A DNA stretch of 39,395 nt. Source: Ginkgo biloba. Taxonomy: Eukaryota; Plantae; Ginkgophyta. This document shows, piece after piece, positions 25,450-37,363 of this stretch. The notes beneath the pieces were generated by a model. That model ran no database searches. It was not told the origin of the DNA and was given only the letters and a program-made list of their open reading frames with translations. How positions within the stretch are numbered: the first letter of the stretch is position 1; every line of letters begins with the position of its first letter. The DNA lies in NCBI GenBank assembly GCA_024626585.2, contig JANKJI020000001.1:3542760-3582154 (forward strand), in the 5' to 3' direction. The position numbers were made by a program, and so were the translations under genes.

Positions 25450-26715
25450 TAAAGAAAGAAAGAAAGAAAGAAATTATATTAATGTCCACAAGTGACCAAA
25501 AATAGTCAAAGGAACTGAAAGATACATCATGTAATATAGGCAAAGGGAGTGCTCATGGCTACTCTAATACCTAGACTAAAATATTGAAGGTATAAAATAT
25601 AAAGATATAAGATACAAATTACAATAATGATGACCCTAAGGTGTGTGCAAACATGTGGCATAGAAATAATAAGGGGTCAATAGAGTTCAAAATAAGGCCT
25701 AGAAAAGAGTGGTATCCTCCATAAGGGAGAGATCTATCAAATGGAGAAAAATAATAGAGCTTGTCCATCAGGAAATGTTTGACAAAATATCTCTAAAAAT
25801 CCCAAATGGTTAGAAAAGATCATTAATCAAGAAATGGCTTCCATAAGATCTTTGAGAACTTCTCTAAGAATATCATCTAGGGAGGGGTTCAATTTATCCA
25901 ATTGAGATCTTCCATAGGGTGTAGAATTCTTAGAAGAGGAATCTCTACTACCACCCAAGGTAGATGGTTTCCTTCTCAAAGCGAGGAAAATGGTAATATG
26001 CCCCTTAGTTGGGCGCCTAGAATATAAAGATCTCATATCCCTACACAAAGGGCCATAGGAGCTGAAGTTTTAGATCAATTTTACTATGGTCAAGGATAAA
26101 GGGCAATGAATGGTTAATCAATAGACCTCCTACTGATCTAACACTAAAAAGGGAAAATTGGGTTTTCCCCCCAAGGGTAGGATGGAAGAATGATGTGATC
26201 AATCAGGTGGAAGCACAACTAGATTGACTCTATAATAGTGACCTTCTAAGAACAATCATATCCATGATAAACAAGGACAAACACCTCTAGTCTTAGAATA
26301 TAAAGAAGGTAGTCAATGAGCCTCCTTTACATATGAAAAGATACTAGTATCTACCTCTAATCTTGTAGTACCTTGGGCAATAAAAAATAAAGTGTTCCTC
26401 TATCTCAACCTCTGCAATAGAACAAATACTACATATACATTTGTCCCTATAAATATGGTGGTACATCTCCATAGATAACTGATATTAATAAACTTTGAGT
26501 TGGAGAAGGGGGAACCTAAGACCATAAGACCAATGATGCCAAAGATAATTTGGTCTAATGATAGCCTCATCTGATATGTGAAGGAAATCTTCCAAATAAA
26601 ATGTAAATTTGGTGCTAAGAGATGGAGGTGAGATCCAGGTGAAGTGAATGAAACTCCTAAGGATGTCATCCCTGATCTATAAATAATTGTTAAAAAATAA
26701 TTAATGATAGAAAAT
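25450..26715 (-). mobile_element. Dispersed repeat, probable LINE-like 3' end (copy 2) with an (AAAG)n tail on +
   Basis: Homologous to ~11130-11200. (AAAG)n lies at ~25451-25473. The extent to the right is uncertain. Confidence 0.4.
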
Positions 26716-28679
26716 NNNNNNNNNNNNNNNNNNNNNNNNNNNNNNNNNNNNNNNNNNNNNNNNNNNNNNNNNNNNNNNNNNNNNNNNNNNNNNNNNNNNN
26801 NNNNNNNNNNNNNNNTCTCCCTTTAATTCTTGAAAGTGGGTTTATTATGCACTTGTGCCCTCACACCCTAGTACCTTTCTTGTTGCGTGTTCATTTGGAT
26901 ATAGGATAGAATCTTTAAATAACATATTTACTTTGTAAATAAATTCTTTTAATAGTTTATCAACTTTATCATTGATATATAGAATTTCAAGATCAAACTC
27001 ATCTTCTATAAGGTTCAGAGTAGTTGAGGCACATGTTATTATAGTGAATACAACTTCATCATTATATTTTATTTCTTGCTTTTTCTCTTTTTGTTGTCAA
27101 TCTTCATAACCTTGGGGGTACCTTTTTTCATCATCTCTACTATGCCATTATTGACCACCCTCTTATTAGTTCTACTCTAATTTTTGGTTGCTTGGTCCCT
27201 ATCAACTGTCTGTTTAAAATTTAGGCTATCGCTATTGTTGTTGTCCTTCTTACATGTTGTGTATCCCAATTGACTATGATTTGGTTTATTTTTTTAATGG
27301 ATACTTCCTAAGACTTTTTCCTCTTCCATCTTGGTTATCTAGGAATATTATTCATTCAATTACTATCAAATTCTATTATAGTCTCTTATTTAGTGTCAGA
27401 GCCATCCTTTATTATGCTTCCTCATTTCTTATACTTGGTCTTGCACCTTTTAAAGTTCCTATATTATATCGTTCAATTGGTTGTTTGAGTTGGATGATTT
27501 TTCTCTTCTCTAATTATTTTGCATTTATGTCTTTAAATTATTTGGTGATTTTTTTATTTGTTCTTTTATACTTTCCTTTTCCCATTTAGTTAAATTTTGT
27601 TGCACCACCTATCGATAGTTATGTAGCTGTCCTTGATTTTAATCTTGGCTATTTGTGTACTTTCTATGGCCCTTGTCATTGTTGGTTTCTTAATCCTCCT
27701 TATGTCATCATTGGTCTAAATCATCATTTCCTCCCCTTTGTGACTCACCCACAATTGGCTCCTTTATAGCCACCATTCTTAGTTATTTACTGATAATTAT
27801 TGACAAACTTTCCTTATCTCTATTTTCTTTGGTGTGTATAATTAATATGCATTTTATTTATTTATTTATTATTATTATTATTATTTTTAAGGATNNNNNN
27901 NNNNNNNNNNNNNNNNNNNNNNNNNNNNNNNNNNNNNNNNNNNNNNNNNNNNNNNNNNNNNNNNNNNNNNNNNNNNNNNNNNNNNNNNNNNNNNAGGATA
28001 TTTGATTGAATGACATTATATTGAATCAATTAAGATTTACAATACATAATACCAATGAGATATATATTATATTAGTTAGTTCATAGAAAAAAGTTCCACA
28101 ATATTAATACTCTTACCCTTGGTGAATATTTTTAAATTCAAATATTTTAAGCGAATCATTCACTACCTATTTTCTATCTAGAATATTCCCTCTTTTAATC
28201 TTAAGGTGAATATACTTTTACATTCACTTTATTAAAAAACATTATAAAACTCAATTCCCTAAAAATTAAATAACTAACAATGTATTATGTATAAAGATTC
28301 TCTTGCGATCTTGAGTTTCTATTGACAATTTTATCAAGGAAGGACTAACACTATGAAATTTTACATATTTCGATGATCATGTAAAGTTTTACTTGAAATT
28401 GTATGTGAATTATTTGTGAATAATTTTTATCTACATTGATTAGTAATTACCCCTTTTTATTAGTACAAAAAACTTGTGGAATATATCAAAGTACACTTCC
28501 ACTACATGAATTTTCCCCACTCTCAAATGATGTCATTTCATGATAGATAAATTAGGAGCTATATATTAATGATGTTGTAACAACCTTTTAACTTAATCCT
28601 ATAATAAATATCCCTTGATTGAAAAGAGATTAAGTAAAAGCCTCAAACACTCTATAATAAGAACTAATCTCTAAGGGGG

Positions 28680-29187
28680 GAGAGAGAGAGAGAGAGAGAT
28701 TAACATGGATGAAATTCACACATAATAATATGCTATGGGATAGACTTACAACAATAGACTGGTTTACATCAAAAAAGAGCCAACCGAGTCAAAAGGGCCA
28801 CTACACCAGCATGACATCGCGACTCGATGTTACTAAGGGTGAGGAGTCCAATAAATGTGTGACCGANNNNNNNNNNTGCACCTCTAAGCCTTCTACTCCA
28901 TTGGAAAAGATTTTGGTGGGTAATGGGCTTCATAAACCACTCCATTCTTAAGGCTAACACCAATGTGGGATTATTACTTACACACACACACACACATTAC
29001 ACTAATTAAGAGAGAGTGAGATATTAACGTGGATGAAATTCACACATAAGAATATGCCACAAGATAGACTTGCAACAATAGATGAGTTTACATCACAAAG
29101 GAGTCAGCCAAGTTAAGAGGACCACTACACCTCACATGACACTACGACTCAATGTTAATAGGGGTGAGGAGTTGATCCGTATCTCAN
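28680..29187. repeat. Two tandem copies (~330 bp period) of a repeat bounded by (AG)n and (AC)n microsatellites
   Basis: (AG)n-ATTAAC.TGGATGAAATTCACACATAA...CACTACAC...GGGTGAGGAGT occurs at 28680-28850 and 29008-29173. (AC)n lies at ~28980-28996. CCAATGTGGGAT is an LTR-type motif. Confidence 0.85.
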
Positions 29188-29539
29188 NNNNNNNNNNNNN
29201 NNNNNNNNNNNNNNNNNNNNNNNNNNNNNNNNNNNNNNNNNNNNNNNNNNNNNNNNNNNNNNNNNNNNNNNNNNNNNNNNNNNNNNTTCAAATTTTCAAG
29301 CTGTACAAGGAATTCAAAACGGTTCTGGAATTTCCATCACCATTCCCGTCACTTAATAATATGCTGCCATGATTTTGCTTATAACTTGCAAATTATACTC
29401 CATTTTTTGACTTATTATATTCATTTTGAAGGTAACAGAACATGATATAACTTTTATTCTTTTTTTGAAGTCTAATTTTGTATTTATTTCATCCAATTTT
29501 GGCTATAATCTAACTATGTAGAAAATTACAAAACTGCAA

Positions 29540-29780
29540 GTTGACTGGTTCAATGAAAAGTTGAAATAGTGGGCTGACTATGCATGGAAAAACATGAGCA
29601 ATGAGCTTATTCTGGAAAAATACAAATAGTAAGATGATTATTCAATGGAAAATACAAATAAGGAGTTAGCTATTTTGGAAAAAGAAAAATAGTAAGTTGA
29701 TTGTTTAAGGAAAAAGACAAATAGTGAGTTGGTTATTTAAAGAGAAATAAAAAAGAGAAAATAACAACTTGGTTATTTAA
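29540..29780. repeat. Degenerate ~30 bp minisatellite
   Basis: Units resembling AAATAGT(A/G)AGTTG.TTATT...GGAAAA are repeated about 7 times. Confidence 0.7.
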
Positions 29781-29807
29781 TCATGATGAAAAGACAACTT
29801 TTATTTT

Positions 29808-30838
29808 TTTGTGAGTTGACTTAAAAATTTATAACCTGTGTCATTTTTTATTAAGTGACAGGAGGTCAATTTCAACCAATGGGCAAGTGACTGGCTGATA
29901 TTTTAGGTCACTTACAAGTAGTAAGGTAACTAACTCAACTTTAGATCACCTAAGTGATTGAATTTCCCTTTGGTTCACTTACAAGTGTAAACGTTTGAAA
30001 TAAAAATAAGAAATAGTAGAATGGATAAAGGTAGTTAAAAATTAAAAACAGGGCTAGAAGAACAAATTTCGATGGAGCTAGACTCCAACACACCTAGATA
30101 ATTTGTTGTTCAAATTTGANNNNNNNNNNNNNNNNNNNNNNNNNNNNNNNNNNNNNNNNNNNNNNNNNNNNNNNNNNNNNNNNNNNNNNNNNNNNNNNNN
30201 NNNNNNNNNNNNNNNNTTCTGTCAGTTGACATAAAAACTTACAACTAATGTCATTTTCTGTTAAGTGGCAAGAGGTTAATTTCAACTAGTGGGAAAGTGA
30301 CTGACTGACATTTGGGTCACTTACAAGTAGGAAGGTAACTGACTCACACTTTAGATCACCTGAGTCACTGACTTTCCCTTTGGTTCACTTCCAAGTGTAG
30401 AAAAAAAAAAAAAAAATCAGAAATGGTAGAATGGATGAAGGTAGTTAAAAATTAAAAATAGGGCGAGAAGAACATACCTCGTTGCAACCAAACTCCAACA
30501 CACCTAAACAATTTGTTGTTGGAATTTGATTCCCTTTTAGCCATACTGAGCCCTTCCATACCTCAAGATTAAGCTGGCGTTCTATGGTTTCTGTTAGATT
30601 ATTATCGGAATCATCTCATAGAAAAATACAGTATGTTCTGTCAGTTGACCACTTTCATTTTTTTGTCAGTTGACATAAAACTTCAACTGGTGTCATTTTC
30701 TGTTAAATGATGAAAGGTCATCTCAACCAGTGGGCAAGTGACTGGTTTATACTTCGGATCACTTGCTAGTGCGTAGATAATTGATTCGTATTCCAAGTCA
30801 CTAAGTGACTAACTTCCTTTTGGTTCATTTTCAACTAG
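29808..30838. repeat. Tandem ~420 bp repeat (2 full copies plus 1 partial) carrying a copied fragment of the lectin gene
   Basis: Units start at ~29808, 30217 and 30636 with (T)TGTCAGTTGAC. Each full unit is ~180 bp of GTGACT/GTCACT-rich DNA plus sequence homologous to 32287-32530 (29986 to the gap, and ~30396-30636). Confidence 0.92.
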
Positions 30839-30944
30839 TCGGTGGGTGACTACTTTACACACTGGCAACTAGTGGGAAGGTGACTGACTTACTCGCTGGC
30901 AACTAGTAGGTAGGTGACTGGCTGGCTACTAGTGGATAGGTGAC
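30832..30944. repeat. ~34 bp tandem repeat (3-4 copies)
   Basis: CAACTAGT.G...GGTGACT....CTGG units. Confidence 0.85.
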
Positions 30945-30980
30945 TCTTGTGATTAGACCAGAATTAGATCTGACTCGGAT

Positions 30981-31276
30981 CGACAGTTGATAGAATTGAT
31001 CGAGGAAGGTCGCATCTAGCTTAGTACCTCTCCTTGCGAGTCCCCAATCCTTCTTGTGCCTAAAAACGATGGCACATGGCGCTTATGGGTCGACTACAGG
31101 GCCATAAACAAAATCAAAGTGAAGAACAGATACCGTCTTCCTAGAATTGATGATCTCTTGGATCAGTTACAAGGGGAAAAATACTTCACTAAGATCGACT
31201 TGGCTTCAGGCTATCACTAGGTCCGAGTACAAGCCACCGACACTTGGAAGACGACATTCAAAACCAAGTTCAGCCT
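30981..31276 (+). mobile_element. Ty3/gypsy reverse transcriptase fragment
   Basis: Reads [81 protein letters not shown]...WKTTFKTK. It has two TAG stops and runs into a gap. Confidence 0.97.
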
Positions 31277-32174
31277 NNNNNNNNNNNNNNNNNNNNNNNN
31301 NNNNNNNNNNNNNNNNNNNNNNNNNNNNNNNNNNNNNNNNNNNNNNNNNNNNNNNNNNNNNNNNNNNNNNNNNNNNNNNNNNNNNNNNNNNNNNNNNNNN
31401 NNNNNNNNNNNNNNNNNNNNNNNNNNNNNNNNNNNNNNNNNNNNNNNNNNNNNNNNNNNNNNNNNNNNNNNNNNNNNNNNNNNNNNNNNNNNNNNNNNNN
31501 NNNNNNNNNNNNNNNNNNNNNNNNNNNNNNNNNNNNNNNNNNNNNNNNNNNNNNNNNNNNNNNNNNNNNNNNNNNNNNNNNNNNNNNNNNNNNNNNNNNN
31601 NNNNNNNNNNNNNNNNNNNNNNNNNNNNNNNNNNNNNNNNNNNNNNNNNNNNNNNNNNNNNNNNNNNNNNNNNNNNNNNNNNNNNNNNNNNNNNNNNNNN
31701 NNNNNNNNNNNNNNNNNNNNNNNNNNNNNNNNNNNNNNNNNNNNNNNNNNNNNNNNNGTTGCACATTCTTTGAAATCAAAATAAATAATATAAATATGTC
31801 AAAAAAAAAACCATTAAAAAGATGTCGTGCATCAACCACCAATTTGTAAGAACGACCACGACCTTCATAAACGGTAACACGAGATGTATTAAGTGTATAA
31901 TAGCAAAATAAGTGTAATATAGCATGAAAAGAGATGCATTTGCCCGGCCATGCATATTAGCTCAGGAAAAATGCAAGTAAAAGAAAAGCTATCATTTAGT
32001 TCGCAACATAATATTTATTTATTTATATATATAAGTGCATCTGCGGGGCTAACCAGCTCGGACTTCCTGCGTATTGAAAAAAAAAAATCAACATAATTGT
32101 TGAAGTGAATTGGAAGATCGTTCCATTAAAAAGGAGATAATTAATGCTTTCAAAACCACTTCACGGAGTAGAGA

Positions 32175-32954
32175 TTACTTACATTTGGGCACCGTCCCTT
32201 GCACTTCATAATTGGAAGGGACGGTGTTACAGTTACAGTTGGTCATGAGGTGCGTCGTTGCTTCCACTTCAGACTTGCTACGGGTCTGTAAACGTTTGAA
32301 ATTACAAAAATCAGAAATGGGAGACCGGGTGAAGGTGGTTAAAAATTAAAAACAGGGCCAGAAGAACAGACCTCGTTGCAGCCAGACTTCTGCACACCTA
32401 GAGAATTTTTTGTTGGAATTTGTCTCCATTCCTGCCCTGCTGAGCCCTCCCATCCCTCAAGATCAAGCTGACGTTCTTTGGTTTCTGTCAGATTGCTGTC
32501 GGAATCATCTGACGGGAAAATACGGTATGTATTTTCATTATTGGAATTAACTAACTGCTCTTTCCAATAATGAACTTGTGGATCCAGAAAGACCTAACAA
32601 GAGGAAAAAACCATTCTCATGAATGTTCAGTCCATTATCTATCATTTTAATTCCCCAAATATAACTATAGACAAGGAAAAAAGAATTTTGATATTGACTG
32701 ACACCTCTCCTTCATGGTCATATGCCAAATACATGGTGTTGGCTTTGTTTTGCAAGGCAAATTTTGACTTGAGTGAGCCTTTCAATGTCCATTGCTGCAA
32801 AATTCAACCAAATTCTCATACGATTGTCAGAATTTCTATACAGAGAAGATCAATTTTGTAGAAAATAAACTGCCTAGCAGTTTCGAACCAACCAACAAAC
32901 TTTTATTTGATGCCACCACAAACCTGATGTGGATCTCCTGCCTTATACGGTGCC
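32175..32954 (-). CDS. Partial spliced gene: divergent EUL-related / ricin-B (beta-trefoil) lectin domain with a C-terminal extension. Exons 32954-32924, 32794-32705, 32593-32372 and 32285-32183/32175
   Basis: Three GT-AG introns (129, 111 and 86 nt) with consistent phases give a stop-free frame: APYKAGDPHQ|QWTLKGSLKSKFALQNKANTMYLAYDHEGE|VFLDPQVHYWKEQLVNSNNENTYRIFPSDDSDSNLTETKERQLDLEGWEGSAGQEWRQIPTKNSLGVQKSGCNE|TRSKSE...VPK. The QxW motifs and FALxNKA are ordered as in EUL domains. The 5' exon(s) were not found. Confidence 0.75.
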
Positions 32955-33289
32955 CTGCAAACATCGTTATTAATTGTTGTAGCCAAATGATAGTTGTTGT
33001 TGGTTTTACTAGCGAAGGTGTATTCTTTTTCCATTTTATTGTGTGCGTGTGTACAAAAACAAGACTAACAATGTTCAAATAATTAATTAAACAACAACAT
33101 ATCAATTATGTCCATAGAATCACCCTCACTCACTAAGTAGGATGACACAACAACAAAGACGAAGTAGATGCATCATTAATCATNNNNNNNNNNNNNNNNN
33201 NNNNNNNNNNNNNNNNNNNNNNNNNNNNNNNNNNNNNNNNNNNNNNNNNNNNNNNNNNNNNNNNNNNNNNNNNNNNNNNNNNNTCCATA

Positions 33290-33787
33290 ACATCTTCCCT
33301 TCTCTCCTAAATCTATCCATTCATATATATTTCTTAAAAATTGGCCTAACATATATCAACTATATCTATAATATCTACCATTGGTTAGGTTACTATCACT
33401 TTTGATCCTTTCTTGGTCTTCTTCCCCATTGAGTCTATTCAAGCAAATTGGAATTTCCCTTTAAGAGTGGAGTCAATTTTTTAGTATACAAGCTCAACTT
33501 GATCAACAACCATGATCTTTCTTTACTTATATTTTATATTCTTATTCTTGTGGTCATTTAATTTGCATGTGAAAAGTTTAGTTTATGCTTAATAGTCCTC
33601 TTCATAAATGCAGATGCAACCTTTGATCAACACCTTAACACCATGTTCATGGTAAGGATATGGCAAATGTTTCGACATTAAATGCCCTCAACCTTGGTAT
33701 GATTTATGACATGTGTAACATGATCAAATTAAATGATCCTTCTTTCAAAATGGCCTATAGATGAGTATGTGTGATTGATGACATTCA
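33290..33787. repeat. ~500 bp dispersed repeat, copy 1
   Basis: Colinear similarity to 36757-37254 (TTTGATCCTTTC..., CTTGATCAACAACCAT, CCCTCAACCTTGGTATGATTTA, ATAGATGAGTATGTGTGAT). Confidence 0.9.
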
Positions 33788-34974
33788 AAATAACAAGCAC
33801 CCCTCAGAGAAAGTGCTTAAAAAAAAAAAAAAAAAAAAACATTATGCCTCCTCCTATTTTTCCTTATCACAAGGCCTTTTACTAATCAAAATCTAAAACT
33901 TAATAATTTCCTTTTGACAAGTCGAATGAGAAATTTGAATTAGACCACCATCATTCTTATTTTGGGTCTGTGCAAATTTATGGCCCATTTCATAATTCAC
34001 TCCTTGTTCTTGTAACCCTAAATTCTAAACCCCAATAATTATTTTAGACCCTTTTATGGATATGATATTTGGATTGAAAAGATTAATTCCTTGGCTTAGG
34101 TTCACAAGTTGTCTTTAATATTTTGGGGATTCTAAAAGGTGACCATTAACTCTTCATTCTAGGGTTTCTCACATTTTGAAACCCAAAGTCTCCCTATAGG
34201 GAACTAAAGGGCACAAGTCTTCATGCGAATGAATTTTTCATTCAAGTCCAAGAATTATCACTATGAGATGAAATATTTTTAATAGAGAGCAATCTAGGGT
34301 AGTCAGTCACCAAGTTTTATGTAATGGTTTCAATTTTAACCTATAATATTAGATCATACTATTAGCACAACTTAAATAACTATGCAAGTACTTATTTTTT
34401 AAAGTCATTTTATATTTGATGACAAAAATACTCAATCAATCATTCAAACATTGGAAATTAAGTCTTTCTAATGCATTATCATCTCTTCTCTTTCTCCTAC
34501 TAGAACTGTCTTCCAATTCTTACCATGGGTATGATCCAAAGTTTTATTCATTCATATAATAANNNNNNNNNNNNNNNNNNNNNNNNNNNNNNNNNNNNNN
34601 NNNNNNNNNNNNNNNNNNNNNNNNNNNNNNNNNNNNNNNNNNNNNNNNNNNNNNNNNNNNNNATGTACAAATGTAGATACGTGGGGCATTTGAAGATGCC
34701 ATTTTGTAGGAGAAATGCATATTTTATATTCAAAATTAAAAACAAAGTTGTATACAGAGTATTATATACCCATTATAATTTTGTTGACAATCTTATTATA
34801 ATTAGATATCCAACAAAAGTGGAACTCTTATTAGATAATTAATCCATTAAGGTTCTTCCTAAGACATTGAGAGATATTAACCTTATTAAAATAAGGATAA
34901 TAATTTACATACTTCATCCACCATTGAATGATAAACTAATTTAGGAATCATGTGTGTGGAACATGGGAGATAAA

Positions 34975-35130
34975 GTGTTTAAGTACTTGGGACTCCTTGT
35001 GGGATGAAAAAGGTCAAAGGTCATTGATCAGATGCATTTTTTCAAAACAATTAGAATCAATTTAGATGTTTGGATGAATCTATGCCTTAATATGGCTAGG
35101 ATGAGGTTAATGTTTCAATCAATCCTATCA
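34975..35130 (+). mobile_element. Degenerate LINE (L1-type) post-RT fragment
   Basis: Reads FKYLGLLVG*KRSKVIDQMHFFKTIRINLDVWMNLCLNMARMRLMFQSIL, resembling KYLGLPL...W...LxxAGRxxLIxSVL. Confidence 0.7.
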
Positions 35131-36756
35131 TAATGCTATATCTTTTGTTAACACAAAAAAAAATCATTAATATGTTAAAATAATAAGAATAAATTAACTA
35201 AAATATAAGGAATATTTACTTCCCTTTTTTTCATTTCATCCAATACAAAATATAACTGATAAGTGAAAGCAAAACAATAATCACTATAGTAACCACAAGG
35301 CTAGTAATTAGGACTTTGTTACCACTTTATTTTTTGGATGCAGTAGGAATTAGGGTTTGAAGACTTAGAGATGGACTCATAGAATCTATAATTCATGAAT
35401 TTTCTCCACTCTTGCAAAGTTTAAGATATCAAAAAGTACTACAAAAACCCAGTAATACAAACAAGAAGAGAACATGAATGTTGGATTGTATAAATTGCAT
35501 ATATATAGTTCTATTAAGGATTACCTTTGAATTTTCAACTTGTTATTCAATTAATGTTGAGGAGAGAGATATTTATCACATACTTAAGTTGTGATCTCAA
35601 ATTTCTGGCCAACAACATAGTGCCCTGAGAACCCACATATGAAGTAATATCTTCCTATCTTTTTAAGTATCACACTAGTAGTTTCATCCTCGTATGAAAC
35701 CAGGGGTATACCTAATGTGCATGAACCATATTTTTTATTTTTCACTTAAATAAAATTGTGTAATTTATTATGATATAAGAACACTGCAATAGAATACTTG
35801 ATCAAAATACGACTTAATCCGAGAACCAAAATAACTAATTCAATGATTTACATAATAAATCACACTACTTGGGAAGGAAAATAAAATAGCTATAGTTTCT
35901 CCCACATGGAACTATTTAGGAGAATACCATGTTGTGTATTTTATAGGTCCAACATTCCATCCATCCTTATCCCTNNNNNNNNNNNNNNNNNNNNNNNNNN
36001 NNNNNNNNNNNNNNNNNNNNNNNNNNNNNNNNNNNNNNNNNNNNNNNNNNNNNNNNNNNNNNNNNNNNNNNNNNGCCAAACTCTGTACAGTATGCAATTA
36101 TGCGTCACCCAGTAATAGAGAAGATCGAGAAGCCTTACTTTCTAATTTTACTGACCACATACTCTATTTTTGAGACTAAGAGAAGAGAAGAGTGAGAAGA
36201 GGATTATCCCTTGGATTTGATCAACCATTTCTGCTACATAATTGACATCGAATCCTCCAACACCAAGTAGGTACACCATGACTACTAACACTCAGTTCAC
36301 CTAATATAATTTTAGACCCAAAAATAAAAGGATCCTTAAATTCCTCGATAGGTTCATGGTTTCCAATGATAATAATTTAGAGTTTAACATGAGGAAGGGC
36401 GATCGTTGAAGGTGCTTGGGAATACTAAACTCTTTGACCAATCTCCTATTACTTTCAATGTTGTCTGGGGAGAACATAAGCTCCTTGATAGAGGCTCTAT
36501 TTTTAGGTTGAATGTCTCCCATCTTAAGCTAAGACCTTGCACTATTAGAATTTGTAATATTTTTTTTGTAATATGAGGAGGAAGATGAAGTATTATGGAG
36601 AACAAATCAAGGGTCAAAGAATATAGTACCTAACTCATTTTCAAAGTTATAGTTTAAAATTATGGATTGAATATTAAATCACACCACTCTACCATCAGAC
36701 GCAAAGGCATGAATTTGGGAATAGAGGAAACTTGAACTAAACCAACTTTATATAAT

Positions 36757-37254
36757 GTCTTCCCTTCCCTCTTAGCTCCATCCATTTATATATATTTCTC
36801 AAAAAGAGAACCAAAACTAAATTCTCATATATATTAATTGTATCCATTGGTGGGGTTACTAACATGTTTGATCCTTTCCTGGTCTTCCTACCCATTAAGT
36901 TTGTTCAAGCAGTTTCGAATTTCCCTATAAGAGAAGAGTTATTTTTTTAGTATGAAATCTCATCTTGATCAACAACCATAATCATTCTTTACTTGTATTC
37001 TAGCTACCTATTCTCATGATCACTTAATTTGCCCGAAAAAACTCTAGTTTATACTTAATACTCCTCTTTATAAATGAATATGTAACCTTCAATCAACACA
37101 TTTACACATTGTTCATGGTAAGGGTATGGTGAATGTTTCAACATTAAATTCCCTCAACCTTGGTATGATTTACATCATGTAAAACATGATCTAATTAAAT
37201 GATACCTCTTTTAAAATGACTCATAGATGAGTATGTGTGATGGATGACACTCAT
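36757..37254. repeat. ~500 bp dispersed repeat, copy 2
   Basis: Direct-orientation homolog of 33290-33787. Confidence 0.9.
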
Positions 37255-37265
37255 CATGATAATTT

Positions 37266-37363
37266 TGTTAGGAATCACAGATCACAGAGCAATAACAAAA
37301 TAATGTGAGAATAAACACAGAAGAAGACAAAACACAAGAGAGACAGAATATATGTGGTTCACC
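37266..37363 (-). mobile_element. 3' end of a copia-type LTR
   Basis: The minus strand reads GGTGAACCACATATATTCTGTCTCTCTTGTGTT...TTCCTAACA, a typical U5 motif with a CA terminus. It is truncated by a gap. Confidence 0.65.

Noticed and set aside
27254-27589. Hydrophobic 111 aa ORF resembling a membrane or organellar protein
   Set aside because: It is explained by T-rich composition, and no family motif was found.
29540-30944. CRISPR-like reading of the 30-34 bp repeats
   Set aside because: The repeats are degenerate and head-to-tail with no unique spacers, there are no cas genes, and the context is eukaryotic.
32190-32226. The hairpin as a Helitron 3' terminus or a terminator
   Set aside because: There is no CTRR end at the expected distance on either strand, and it lies within a reconstructed exon.
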